From: an uncultured Gemmatimonadales bacterium
GTDB taxonomy: Bacteria; Gemmatimonadota; Gemmatimonadetes; Gemmatimonadales; GWC2-71-9
DNA: 64,000 bases
Reading direction: 5' to 3'
NCBI GenBank assembly: GCA_963771275.1
Contig: CAVYSW010000003.1
Coordinates: 257,037 to 321,036, forward strand
Below the pieces are notes generated by a model. It made no database searches. It had not been told where the DNA came from and was given only the letters and a program-made list of their open reading frames with translations. The position numbers were made by a program, and so were the translations under genes. This document shows positions 34,522 to 43,527 of the stretch, piece after piece; within the stretch, counting starts at the first letter, position 1, and each line of letters begins with the position of its first letter.

Positions 34522-36453
34522 TCAGGCCCCGCGATCTCCGGGCGGCGGCGGCGCGCCGGTTTCCTCGTCGTACCACTTGGCGTGGTGCTCGCGCACCGCC
34601 CGCTTGCTGATCTTCCCGGTCAGCCAGGTCCAGCTCATCGGGTACTCCTCCGGATGGAAGATCACGAAGAAGAAGTGCCACACGATGATGGCGAGCGTCG
34701 CGAGCCACGCTTCGTAGTAGTGAATCGTCTGCGCCGCCGGGATCAGGAACGAGGGGAGGAACCTGGCCGCTACCGTCGGGAACCAGAGCACCAGCCCCGT
34801 CACGATCATGATGATCGTGCCCCAGATGAGCGCCCAGTACTCGGCCTTCTGCGAGTAGTCGTAGCGCCCGAACTGCGCTTTCTCCGTGCTGCGCCACGTG
34901 TAGAACCGCAGGTTCAGGACCAGGTCCTTGAGATCGCCCCACGTGGGCAGGATCGCACGGAACTCCTTCTTGCCGCGCCGCGTGAAGAAGACGTAGTACG
35001 CGTGGCTCAGCCCAACCAGGATCAGGATGACCGCAGCAACTCGGTGCACGTTGAGCCGGACCGGCTCGGTCAGTCCCACGGAAGCCAGCCAACGCACCCA
35101 CCAGGCGTCCGGGAAGCGCAGCGCGAATCCCGTGATGACCAGCAGGATGAAGGCGACGGTGAGGGCCAGGTGCTGCACGATCTGCACACGGTCGAATCGG
35201 ACCATCATCTCGGCGGTCGCTTCCTCCTTGCGTCGCTGCATCATGAAGAAGTTCATGATGACCAGGTTGTGCAGCACCATCCCGCCGAGGAGCCCGATAA
35301 TCAGCACGACATAGATGCTCCGGATCACGCGATTCACCGGGTTGGCGCTGATCGACGCCTTCTCGTGCGTGTAGCTCGCCGCGAAGCCCGCGTCCGCATT
35401 GGCGTGGCACTGGCGGCACGTGCTTACGACGTTGGCCGGACTGATGGTGGACAGGGAATCACTCGCCGGCAGGATCGAGTGGACGCCGTGGCAGCTGACG
35501 CACGTCGCCGCCCGCGCGTAGTTCCGCCTGACGGCCCAGCCGTGGTAGCTGTCCGCGTAGGAGCCGACGACGCCGCCCTGCAGGTTGTACTTCGCGACGA
35601 TCACCGGATCGTTGTGGCACTGCCCGCAGGTCTCGGTCGCGATGTGCGCCGCGAAGGTCTTGGCGTCGGGATTGCGCGGCGACAGAATGTGATGCTCGCC
35701 GTGACAGCTCGTGCACGTCGGCGCGTCGGTGACGCCGGCCTGCAGCGCCCGGCCGTGAATCGAGCCGTCGTACTGGAGCTCGATGTCGGGGTGGCACTGG
35801 CCGCACGTCGCCGCCACGTTGCGCGGGTTGATCCGCGACGTCGGATCCGCCGCGCCGAGGATGTCGTGGACGCCGTGGCAGTCCGCGCAGGAGGCCGCCG
35901 ACGCGACGCCGCGCCCCGTGCCCTGCCCGTGCACCGATTGGGCATAGTCCGTGAACGACTGCGGCAGCTTCACGATCTGGTCCGTGAGCAGGCCTGCCGT
36001 GCCGTGACACGTGGCACAGGTCCCCGGCAGGCGGACTTTGTGCGTCGGTGACCGCGGGTCGCTGCTGGCCAGCACGCCGTGGGCACCGTGACAGCTCACG
36101 CAGGTCGGCGCACGGGGGTTGCCGCGCGCCAGCGCGTAGCCGTGCAGGCTCTTGGCATACTTCGCCCCGACGTCCGCGTGGCAGCCGCTGCAGGCCAGCG
36201 GCTTCGCGTCCGGGGGGTGCGGGAAGGTCGTCATCGCCTGATGGCACATGCTGCACCGGACCCCGGCCGCCCCATGCACCGAGCCGTCGAGGCTGGCCTG
36301 CGCCACGACGAGGAGCGCGGAGTCCGGCTTCCCCTTGAAGAACCCCGGCTCCCCGTGACACATGAGGCAGTTGTCCTTCTCCTGGGCGGCTGCCACGCCC
36401 GCAACGATCAGCAGCGCCGTCGCGATCGGCAGCGCCCGCAGTCTGCTCCGCAT
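34522..36453 (-). CDS. 11-heme cytochrome c fused to a cytochrome b-type membrane domain (CbcL-like, second copy)
   Basis: From ATG 36453 (GGAGGAG upstream) the product is 643 aa with 11 CxxCH motifs. The membrane domain (IVQHLALTVAFILLVITGFALRF..) is colinear with the C-terminus of 28513-31317. Confidence 0.85.
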   Translation of the reverse strand: MRSRLRALPIATALLIVAGVAAAQEKDNCLMCHGEPGFFKGKPDSALLVVAQASLDGSVHGAAGVRCSMCHQAMTTFPHPPDAKPLACSGCHADVGAKYAKSLHGYALARGNPRAPTCVSCHGAHGVLASSDPRSPTHKVRLPGTCATCHGTAGLLTDQIVKLPQSFTDYAQSVHGQGTGRGVASAASCADCHGVHDILGAADPTSRINPRNVAATCGQCHPDIELQYDGSIHGRALQAGVTDAPTCTSCHGEHHILSPRNPDAKTFAAHIATETCGQCHNDPVIVAKYNLQGGVVGSYADSYHGWAVRRNYARAATCVSCHGVHSILPASDSLSTISPANVVSTCRQCHANADAGFAASYTHEKASISANPVNRVIRSIYVVLIIGLLGGMVLHNLVIMNFFMMQRRKEEATAEMMVRFDRVQIVQHLALTVAFILLVITGFALRFPDAWWVRWLASVGLTEPVRLNVHRVAAVILILVGLSHAYYVFFTRRGKKEFRAILPTWGDLKDLVLNLRFYTWRSTEKAQFGRYDYSQKAEYWALIWGTIIMIVTGLVLWFPTVAARFLPSFLIPAAQTIHYYEAWLATLAIIVWHFFFVIFHPEEYPMSWTWLTGKISKRAVREHHAKWYDEETGAPPPPGDRGA

Positions 36454-36548
36454 GACTCCTCCACCTTCGCGATTCCGCGGGGAGCGTGTTCGGCACCGGG
36501 CCCGGCCCGCGACGCCGCCGGGCCGGCCACTCCGGGTGCTCCCCCGAC

Positions 36549-38570
36549 CTACCCTCCCGCGCCGCTGAGCGGCGTCATCTGGTGGCACTGGTCGCACGCC
36601 ACCGGCGCGTTGTGCTGCACGCGATCCGTGTGGCACACCGTGCAGATCTGGCGCGACCACTCGGTGAGGCCGGCGACCTTGTCGCCATGGCAGCCCGTAC
36701 AGGGACGGTGGGCGATGGCCGCCTGCATGTGCTTGGCCTTGACCCCCTGGTCCGCGCGGTGGCACGCGAGGCAGGTGGCCGCCGGCAGGTGGTGCGCGCC
36801 GTGACAGTTGTCGCAGTTGAGATCCGCCGCGCGCATCGCGGGCGCCTGGTGACACACGGTGCAGGCGAACCCGATCGCCACGTGCGCCGGGTGCGGAAAG
36901 TCGCCCGCCGGCCGCGGGATCACGCCGGCCGGCACCGCGTTGGACCCGGTGTGGCAGTGCAGGCAGGTCGCCGGCTCCGCGGCGCGGTGATGACAGCCCT
37001 GGCAGTCCGCGCTGGAGCGCAGCGTGATCTTGCCGTGGTCGTCGAGCGGCGTGTGACAGGCGGTGCACGGGAGGCCGGCGCCCAGGTGCGGCTCGTGCGC
37101 GAAGCGCGCGCCCTGAAAGACGCCCGCCTGACGCTCGACGGCGAGGTGACACTGGAGGCAGGCGCTGCGGTCGAGGGCGGGACCGAGATCCACGCGCCCG
37201 ACGTCGAACGGGAGTCCGCCCGCCGCCACCGCCCGGCGGGTCAGGTCCACCGCGGCGTGCAGCAGCCGATCGGCGTACCCCACGTTGTGCGCGCCGCGGC
37301 CGACGCGCACGAGCTCGACGTTCTCCCGCGCGAGCCCCAGCAGGCTGTCCGCCGCCCTGCGGCCCGCCGCCGTGCCCGCGGCGCGCACCGCTTCGGCGCC
37401 GCGCACAACCCGCTCGACCCGCGCGAGGCGCCGCGTCATTTCCTCCTGCCAGCTGGGCAGGATGTCCGCGTAGCGCGTCCCGTGGCAGGCCATGCAGGAC
37501 GCCGCTCCCGCGACCTGCACGTTCTCGTGTCCTCGCGTCCGCCGGTTCAGCTCGTGGCAACTCTTGCACGAGACCTGCGCGCGGAACATCGCGCTGGGCA
37601 GGGACTCCGCCCCGTGCCCGCCGACGCCCGCGAGCAGCCGCTGCTGCGCCGTGTGCACGCCCTGATGGCACGATGCACAGTCAAGGGACTCGGTGCCCGT
37701 CGCCATCCCGGGCGGCATGACGACGCGATGCTCGATGGGGTCGTGGCACTGCGTGCACTCGACCTTGTGCTCCGTGATGTGCTTGCGGTGCAGCAGCGAC
37801 GTATTGCCGAACTCCTGCAGCCGCGCCGGCTCGTTGTGGCAGTTGAAGCAGCGCGACTGGTCCACGCCGCCCGTGCCCTGCACCACCTGGCTGTGGCAGG
37901 AGAGACAGGAGACCAGGTCCCGCACGAACTGCGGGTGGTCGATCACCACGCCGCCCGCTTGCTCCAGCCGCGGCGGGGCGGGATGGCACCCGATGCAGCC
38001 CGCCACCGGCTCGGCGGTCCGCCGCTCCTTGAAGTGGCAGAGGAAGCAGGTCTCCTCGGTGACCGCGACGTGGGCGCCCTGCACGATCTGCGAATGGCAG
38101 CTGGTGCATCGCAGCTGCTTGCCGCGCCGCAACTCGCCCAGGTGGTCGGCGTGACTGAACCGGACCCCCTTGAAATCGACCTCCGACGACAGCTTCGCCT
38201 CGACGTGACAGCCCGAGCGCAGACACGCGGCGTCGTCGATCTCGGCCCAGGGCTTCTTCATGCCGTACTGCCTGGTGATGTACTTCACGACCTGGTTGGC
38301 CGCCTGGAACTTGCCCATCGCCTCCGCCTTGATGCCCGGCGCATAGTGGCAGAGGATGCACTTCACGTCCTTGTGGCTGGACGTCTTCCAGGACTCGTAG
38401 TACGGCACCATGTTGTGGCAGTTCTTGCAGAAGCTTGGCTGGCCGCTGTACTCGACGAACCCCACCGTGCCGGCCGTCAGCAGGATCACGCCCGCGATGG
38501 TCAGCTGCACGAGCAGCCGCAGCCACCGCCGCCGTCGCCGGGGCGCGGGCACCGGCGTCCCGCTCGTCAT
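36549..38570 (-). CDS. NapC/NirT/NrfH-like membrane-anchored multiheme cytochrome, 21 CxxCH plus 1 CxxxxCH
   Basis: From ATG 38570 (ATGA overlap) the product is 673 aa. An N-terminal TM helix is followed by FCKNCHNMVPYYESWKTSSHKDVKCILCH, typical of the NapC/NirT family. Confidence 0.85.
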   Translation of the reverse strand: MTSGTPVPAPRRRRRWLRLLVQLTIAGVILLTAGTVGFVEYSGQPSFCKNCHNMVPYYESWKTSSHKDVKCILCHYAPGIKAEAMGKFQAANQVVKYITRQYGMKKPWAEIDDAACLRSGCHVEAKLSSEVDFKGVRFSHADHLGELRRGKQLRCTSCHSQIVQGAHVAVTEETCFLCHFKERRTAEPVAGCIGCHPAPPRLEQAGGVVIDHPQFVRDLVSCLSCHSQVVQGTGGVDQSRCFNCHNEPARLQEFGNTSLLHRKHITEHKVECTQCHDPIEHRVVMPPGMATGTESLDCASCHQGVHTAQQRLLAGVGGHGAESLPSAMFRAQVSCKSCHELNRRTRGHENVQVAGAASCMACHGTRYADILPSWQEEMTRRLARVERVVRGAEAVRAAGTAAGRRAADSLLGLARENVELVRVGRGAHNVGYADRLLHAAVDLTRRAVAAGGLPFDVGRVDLGPALDRSACLQCHLAVERQAGVFQGARFAHEPHLGAGLPCTACHTPLDDHGKITLRSSADCQGCHHRAAEPATCLHCHTGSNAVPAGVIPRPAGDFPHPAHVAIGFACTVCHQAPAMRAADLNCDNCHGAHHLPAATCLACHRADQGVKAKHMQAAIAHRPCTGCHGDKVAGLTEWSRQICTVCHTDRVQHNAPVACDQCHQMTPLSGAGG

Positions 38571-39808
38571 CCGCGTGCCCCGTGGTCCCGGCGGCGATCG
38601 GCGATCCGGATCCAGGCGAGCGCCACCAGCGCGAGCGCAAGGAACCACACCGGCACGAGCAGCAGCTTGTGCTCCCACTCGTTCTCGCCGGCCGCCGCGG
38701 CCGCTTCGTCGATCGTACGGGTGGCGGAGGCGACGCGCAGCTCGAGATCCTCCAGCGTCGCGAGATCGAGATCGTGCTGCACCAGCACGACCTGGCGATA
38801 CCAAGTGCGGGCGTCCTCATAGCGGAGCCGGCTGTCGGTCACATCCCGGCCTTTGTGGATCAGCACGTCGATGGCGCGCTGCGCCTCGAGCAGGTCATTC
38901 GCCGCGCGCGCGATCCGCGCCTCGAGCTCCACTCCCAGGGCCGCCGGCGCGCTCCCCGCCGGATGGCACTTGAGGCAGGTCTCGGCGATCGAGTCCTGCG
39001 GCACGCGCTCGGTGCCGTGGTTGCTGTGGCAGCCGACGCACCCGGCGAGCCGGCCTTGCTTGGCCGGCGCGCCGTGCGGCCCGTCGAAGAACGCCTGGCG
39101 CACGAGCGTGTGGCAGCGCCCGCACACATCGGCGATCTGGGTGACGCCCGGCGGCAGCGCCGAATGCGAGCCGTGGCAGCCGACGCAGGTGGGGGCGGCG
39201 AAGTTCTCGTCCTGAAACACCGCGACGCCGTGCGCGCTCGAGACATACTGCGTGAACTGATCCGTCGGCAGCCCGTACTTGCCCATCAGCTTCGCGTCCG
39301 CGTGGCAGCGCGCGCACAGCACCGGGATGTTCGCCGGGTAGGAGTTGCTGCGCGCGTCCGTCGCCCGGCGGATCAGGTGCGATTCGTGACAGTCGGTGCA
39401 GGTCGGCGCATCGGGATCACCCCGCTCGAGCAGCTGCCCGTGGCGACTGGCCCGCAGGCCGGCCAGCTGATCGTACGGCAGGCCGAACTGCCGCATCTTG
39501 TTCGGATCGGCGTGGCAGGAAGCGCACAACGTCGCGATCTGCAGTTTGCTGGGCCGCCCGAGGAAGTGCCCCGCGTGTGCGCCGGGCAGCTCCTGCGCGG
39601 CCGGATTGCCGCCGTGACAGTTGTGGCACTGGATGCCCCGCTCGGCATGGACCCCGGACAGGAAGGCGCGGCGGTGCTCGGCGTGGCACACCACGCAGGA
39701 ATACGAGCTGTCGATCGCAAGCGACGGGGCCTGTGCCGCCAGCGCCCGGAAGGGCCCCACCAGCAGGCCGACCCCCAGCGCCGCACGCCCGACGAGCCGT
39801 GGCGTCAT
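38567..39808 (-). CDS. nonaheme cytochrome c with C-terminal TM anchor (paralog of 18569-19849)
   Basis: From ATG 39808 (ATGA overlap) the product is 413 aa with 9 CxxCH motifs. It is colinear with the other nonaheme (CHNCHGGNP vs CADCHGGDP; APTCVGCHGSHSALPPGV vs APTCNDCHGNHGAAPPGV). The C-terminal TM helix is LLLVPVWFLALALVALAWI. Confidence 0.85.
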   Translation of the reverse strand: MTPRLVGRAALGVGLLVGPFRALAAQAPSLAIDSSYSCVVCHAEHRRAFLSGVHAERGIQCHNCHGGNPAAQELPGAHAGHFLGRPSKLQIATLCASCHADPNKMRQFGLPYDQLAGLRASRHGQLLERGDPDAPTCTDCHESHLIRRATDARSNSYPANIPVLCARCHADAKLMGKYGLPTDQFTQYVSSAHGVAVFQDENFAAPTCVGCHGSHSALPPGVTQIADVCGRCHTLVRQAFFDGPHGAPAKQGRLAGCVGCHSNHGTERVPQDSIAETCLKCHPAGSAPAALGVELEARIARAANDLLEAQRAIDVLIHKGRDVTDSRLRYEDARTWYRQVVLVQHDLDLATLEDLELRVASATRTIDEAAAAAGENEWEHKLLLVPVWFLALALVALAWIRIADRRRDHGARG

Positions 39809-41058
39809 CGGGACCTCCCCGCGGTGGTCGAATCGGTGGAGTCCGGGTGCAGCGGCGCGATCCCTCCCGCGTCCGCGCCGAACGGGACGGCCCGGCCCGG
39901 GGTCTCCATCGGCGTCGCATGGGGCACCGGTCCCTGCGACTGCAGCGTGCGGCCGACGCCCCACGTCAGCAGCGTCACGGCGAAGAACGCAATGCCGGCC
40001 GCGAGCACCAGGGGGCGCTCGCGCAGCCGCCGCTCAGGACCGCGGTCGAACAGCGGCAGCACCGCGAGCACGGCGCCGAGCAGGACGAACAGCGCCACGC
40101 CCCACCCACCCAGGAAGTGCCCGAGCGTGCGTCCGATGTCGACAATCACCCAGGTGGAGATCAGGTCGCGGGGCAACGCCCCAGGGTCCGCGGGCGGCCC
40201 GACGGGACGGGTGAACCAGGTCGCGAGCGTGATGACCACGGCGAGTGTGACCGCGGCGACCATCAGCGACCGCATCAGGTGCACCGGATAGAAGCGCACG
40301 CCGGGCTCGGACGTCTCGCGTCCGGGCGGCGGGGTGATGCCGTGCCGCCGGATCAGGGTGAAGTGGAGCCCCAGCAGGACGAAGAGCAGCCAGGGCAGCA
40401 GCACCACGTGGAGCGCGAACTGCCGGCTCAGCGTGGAGCCGGACACGAGCGAGTCGCCGCGCAGCAGCTCCGTGGCGAGACCGCCCACCACCGGGATCGC
40501 GGACAGCAGCTCGAGGCCTTCCGAGAAGGTCCAGTACGCCCACTGATCCCAGGGCAGCAGGTAGCCCGACGCCCCAAACGCCAGGACGACGCCGAACAGC
40601 CCGACCCCGATCAGCCAGTTGGTCTCGCGCGGCGGCTTGTACGCCCCGTCGAAGAACACGCGGGCGAGGTGCGCCAGCAGCAGGACGACGAGGAGGCTGG
40701 CGCACCAGACGTGCAGTCCCCGAATCAGCCAGCCGAACGGCGCCTGCGACTGGATGTACTGGACGCTGGCGTAGGCCTCCTGGGCCGAGGGGCGGTAGTA
40801 GAACACCAGCAGGACCCCGGTCGCCACCTGCACCATCAGCAGCAGGTAGGCGATGCTCCCGAACGCGTGCCGCCAGGTGATGTGGGCCGGGAGGCGGTAG
40901 TTGAGCGCCTTGCGGAGCGACACGTCGATGCGCGAGCGGCCGTCGATCGGCCCGTAGAGCAGTCCGAGAAACCGGGCGATGCCGAGCAGGCTGGGGTCGG
41001 TCGACTGCCGGAGGTCCTCCCAGAACTGCGCGAGCCAGCCGCGGATCCGTCCGGTCAT
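39805..41058 (-). CDS. cytochrome b homolog lacking the PEWY Qo motif
   Basis: From ATG 41058 (GAAGGAG upstream) the product is 417 aa. The His pairs HVWCASLLVVLLLAH and HVVLLPWLLFVLLGLH are retained. The position aligned to RPEWYF of copy 1 reads ISTWVI. Confidence 0.85.
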   Translation of the reverse strand: MTGRIRGWLAQFWEDLRQSTDPSLLGIARFLGLLYGPIDGRSRIDVSLRKALNYRLPAHITWRHAFGSIAYLLLMVQVATGVLLVFYYRPSAQEAYASVQYIQSQAPFGWLIRGLHVWCASLLVVLLLAHLARVFFDGAYKPPRETNWLIGVGLFGVVLAFGASGYLLPWDQWAYWTFSEGLELLSAIPVVGGLATELLRGDSLVSGSTLSRQFALHVVLLPWLLFVLLGLHFTLIRRHGITPPPGRETSEPGVRFYPVHLMRSLMVAAVTLAVVITLATWFTRPVGPPADPGALPRDLISTWVIVDIGRTLGHFLGGWGVALFVLLGAVLAVLPLFDRGPERRLRERPLVLAAGIAFFAVTLLTWGVGRTLQSQGPVPHATPMETPGRAVPFGADAGGIAPLHPDSTDSTTAGRSR

Positions 41059-41510
41059 GGCGCCTCCTTCACGTAGACCACGTCTCCGTGCACAAAGACA
41101 CCGAACCGGCGGAGCGGCACCGTCGTGAGGCCGGTCACCACGTTGCCGTGCAGGTCGTACACGAGGTGGCTGCACGGGGAGACGATCTGCAGCCCCTGCT
41201 CGTCCCATTTCAGCAGGCAGCCATCGCTGGGGGCGGTCCCCTCCACCGCGTAAAAGGTGGCCGCGGACCGCCGCACGACCAGCACCACGCGCGCACCCCA
41301 GTTCACCACCCGGCCCGTGCCGACGGGGAAATCGGCGACCCGCGCCACGCGGATCGTGGGCTGGAGCTCCGGGATGTGGAGGCGCTGCGCGGGGAGCAGA
41401 TACAGGGCGATCACGAGCAGCACCGCGAACGCCGTGACCGCGAGGACGCCGGCGAGCAGCAGCCGGTTCAGCTCGGAGCCGGATTCCCGTACGTGCACCG
41501 TGTCAGGCAT
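41055..41510 (-). CDS. Rieske-fold protein lacking 2Fe-2S ligands
   Basis: From ATG 41510 the product is 151 aa, the same length as the true Rieske, with an N-terminal TM helix. Box I reads APSDGC instead of CTHLGC, and box II reads SPCSHL instead of CACHNG. Confidence 0.75.
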   Translation of the reverse strand: MPDTVHVRESGSELNRLLLAGVLAVTAFAVLLVIALYLLPAQRLHIPELQPTIRVARVADFPVGTGRVVNWGARVVLVVRRSAATFYAVEGTAPSDGCLLKWDEQGLQIVSPCSHLVYDLHGNVVTGLTTVPLRRFGVFVHGDVVYVKEAP

Positions 41511-41719
41511 GCTCGCCCTCCTCCCCCGCCGCGTCTCCATCGCGGCCCAGCCATGCCAGAAGCCCCACCACGGGCGGCTGCGCGGCCACGACTGCTCCAA
41601 ACGTGGCAGCCGGCTCCACCACCCGAAGGAGGGGAGCCGGCCGCCGCTTCAATCCACTGTCGTTCCGGGAGCCGGCGGGCCCGGGACTACCCGGACCCGC
41701 CGGGCTCCACTACCAACGA

Positions 41720-43372
41720 TCACCGCAGCTTCCTGAGGCCCGCGGGCGCCGTGAGCTGCTGGCTCAGGGTCACGGGCGGAGCCGGGACGTTGTAGTACGT
41801 CCTCAGATAGTCGATCGACGCAAGCAGCAGCGCCTCGAGCAGGAATGGGTTGTGCGCCCCCTGCCCGCTGGAGATATGGCCCGTGTTCGAGCCGCCGCTC
41901 GGCGACGTGCAGGTCTGCGACGCGCAGCTGTACTGCTCGGGGACCTTGAAGCTCAGCCAGGCGGGGCGCTCGCTGGTGGCCGCCAGCTGGGCGTTCCAGA
42001 TGGCGCCCTCGGCCGGTGTCAGCACGGAGTCATACAGGTTTATCTGCCGGCGCTCGTTGTTCGCAACGGCCTGCGCCAGGATCTCCGGCAGAACCCCGCG
42101 ATCCGTGGACTCCATGAGCGAATCGTTGTCCACGTCGGTCCACAGGGCGTCGGTCAGGGAGTTCATCCGGGCCCGCACCACCTGGAACGCCGTCCGCGCC
42201 GCGTCGGCGCTGCCGTGGCAGCCCGACACCGCACAGGAGCGGAAGTCGCGCTGGGAGTCCGGGCAGTCCGCGCCGGGGATCGGCTCGCCCGTGCTCTGAT
42301 TGATGCAGGGAACCGCCTGGAACGTGTGCCCCACGTAGTTCTTGACGAACGTGCTGTCCGCGGCGTTGATCGCGAACCCGGCGACGTGGCACGCGGCACA
42401 CTGCCGCGGATTCGCGGTGGTGTGCGAGCCCACGACCCGGTCGGTGTACGGCCAGTTGGGCGGCAGCCAGCCCGCTTCCTCGTCCATCACGATGGACCCC
42501 TGCGCGCCATGCGGGCCGCGACGGGTGATGCCGCTGGCGCCGGGCTCACCTTCACGCGAGTGGCAGCGCGCGCACAGCTGCTCCAGGCTCGACTCGTCGA
42601 GCGGGCGGCGGAGCTGACCCTCGTTGGTGGCGTCGTGCGGATCATGGCAGACGGCGCAGACGATCGGCTGGTAGTCGCCCGCGATGTCCTTCTCCAGGAA
42701 GACGGTGGGATCGCCGCCGGTCTGGCCCGAGGGACGTGGATCGAGCCCGCTCATCGCCACGCGAATCGCCGCGCGACCCTCGTGGCAGTTCATGCACGGA
42801 TCGCGCGAGCCTTCGGCGAGGTAGGCGTCTCCGCCGTAGCCGTGCCTGGATTGGCTCCACTCTTCGATAAACGGATGGTGCACGTCGGTGTGACACTCGC
42901 CGCAGCCGTTGGCGGAGTCGATCCCGACCGCGATCGCCGCGAGCGGTGCCACGACGCTGCCGCCGAACACGGACTCGACGTGGGCCAGGCCGGGGCCGTG
43001 GCAGCTCTCGCACTGCACGTCGAAGTAGGCGGTGTCCGCCACCTTGTTGTGCCCCGCCGCCGAGTCGACCGCGTTGCCGAGGTCACTCACCGTGTGGCAG
43101 CCCTCGCACATCGCGTCGGCGTGACCGGAGGCTTGGAGGTCCGCCCAGGCGCTGGCGTGCTTGGTCTGCACCCACGATGCCTGCATGTCGGCGTGGCAGT
43201 TGCCGCACGTGGTCTGCTTGTCGGCAGGTGTGTAGTAGCCGAGGTACCCCGCGGCCGCGTCCGGCGGGGGGTTGAATACGGGCGTTTCGACGTACTGGAT
43301 CTCGTGCTCCGTACAGGCGCCGAGCAGTACGACCAGCGCCGCCGCGCTCGTCCAACGAATCAGGCTCGTCAC
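41720..43372 (-). CDS. multiheme cytochrome c lipoprotein (8 CxxCH plus 1 CxxxxCH)
   Basis: GTG 43372 with AAGGAG upstream. The lipobox is VLLGAC. The product is 550 aa with a heme-free helical C-terminal region. The family (Otr/HAO-like vs other) cannot be resolved by eye. Confidence 0.8.
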   Translation of the reverse strand: MTSLIRWTSAAALVVLLGACTEHEIQYVETPVFNPPPDAAAGYLGYYTPADKQTTCGNCHADMQASWVQTKHASAWADLQASGHADAMCEGCHTVSDLGNAVDSAAGHNKVADTAYFDVQCESCHGPGLAHVESVFGGSVVAPLAAIAVGIDSANGCGECHTDVHHPFIEEWSQSRHGYGGDAYLAEGSRDPCMNCHEGRAAIRVAMSGLDPRPSGQTGGDPTVFLEKDIAGDYQPIVCAVCHDPHDATNEGQLRRPLDESSLEQLCARCHSREGEPGASGITRRGPHGAQGSIVMDEEAGWLPPNWPYTDRVVGSHTTANPRQCAACHVAGFAINAADSTFVKNYVGHTFQAVPCINQSTGEPIPGADCPDSQRDFRSCAVSGCHGSADAARTAFQVVRARMNSLTDALWTDVDNDSLMESTDRGVLPEILAQAVANNERRQINLYDSVLTPAEGAIWNAQLAATSERPAWLSFKVPEQYSCASQTCTSPSGGSNTGHISSGQGAHNPFLLEALLLASIDYLRTYYNVPAPPVTLSQQLTAPAGLRKLR

Positions 43373-43527
43373 GTGCTGCTCCTTCGAATCGGTAGTAGTC
43401 CCGCGCGCGCACTACGTGGTAATACGGACTGCGCTAAATGTAGATCTGCTCTGTTAAGGAGTCGTTAAGACGGGCTTAAGTGACGCGGAGCTTCGTGATG
43501 AACTTGAAGCCAATGTCCCACAAGGCC

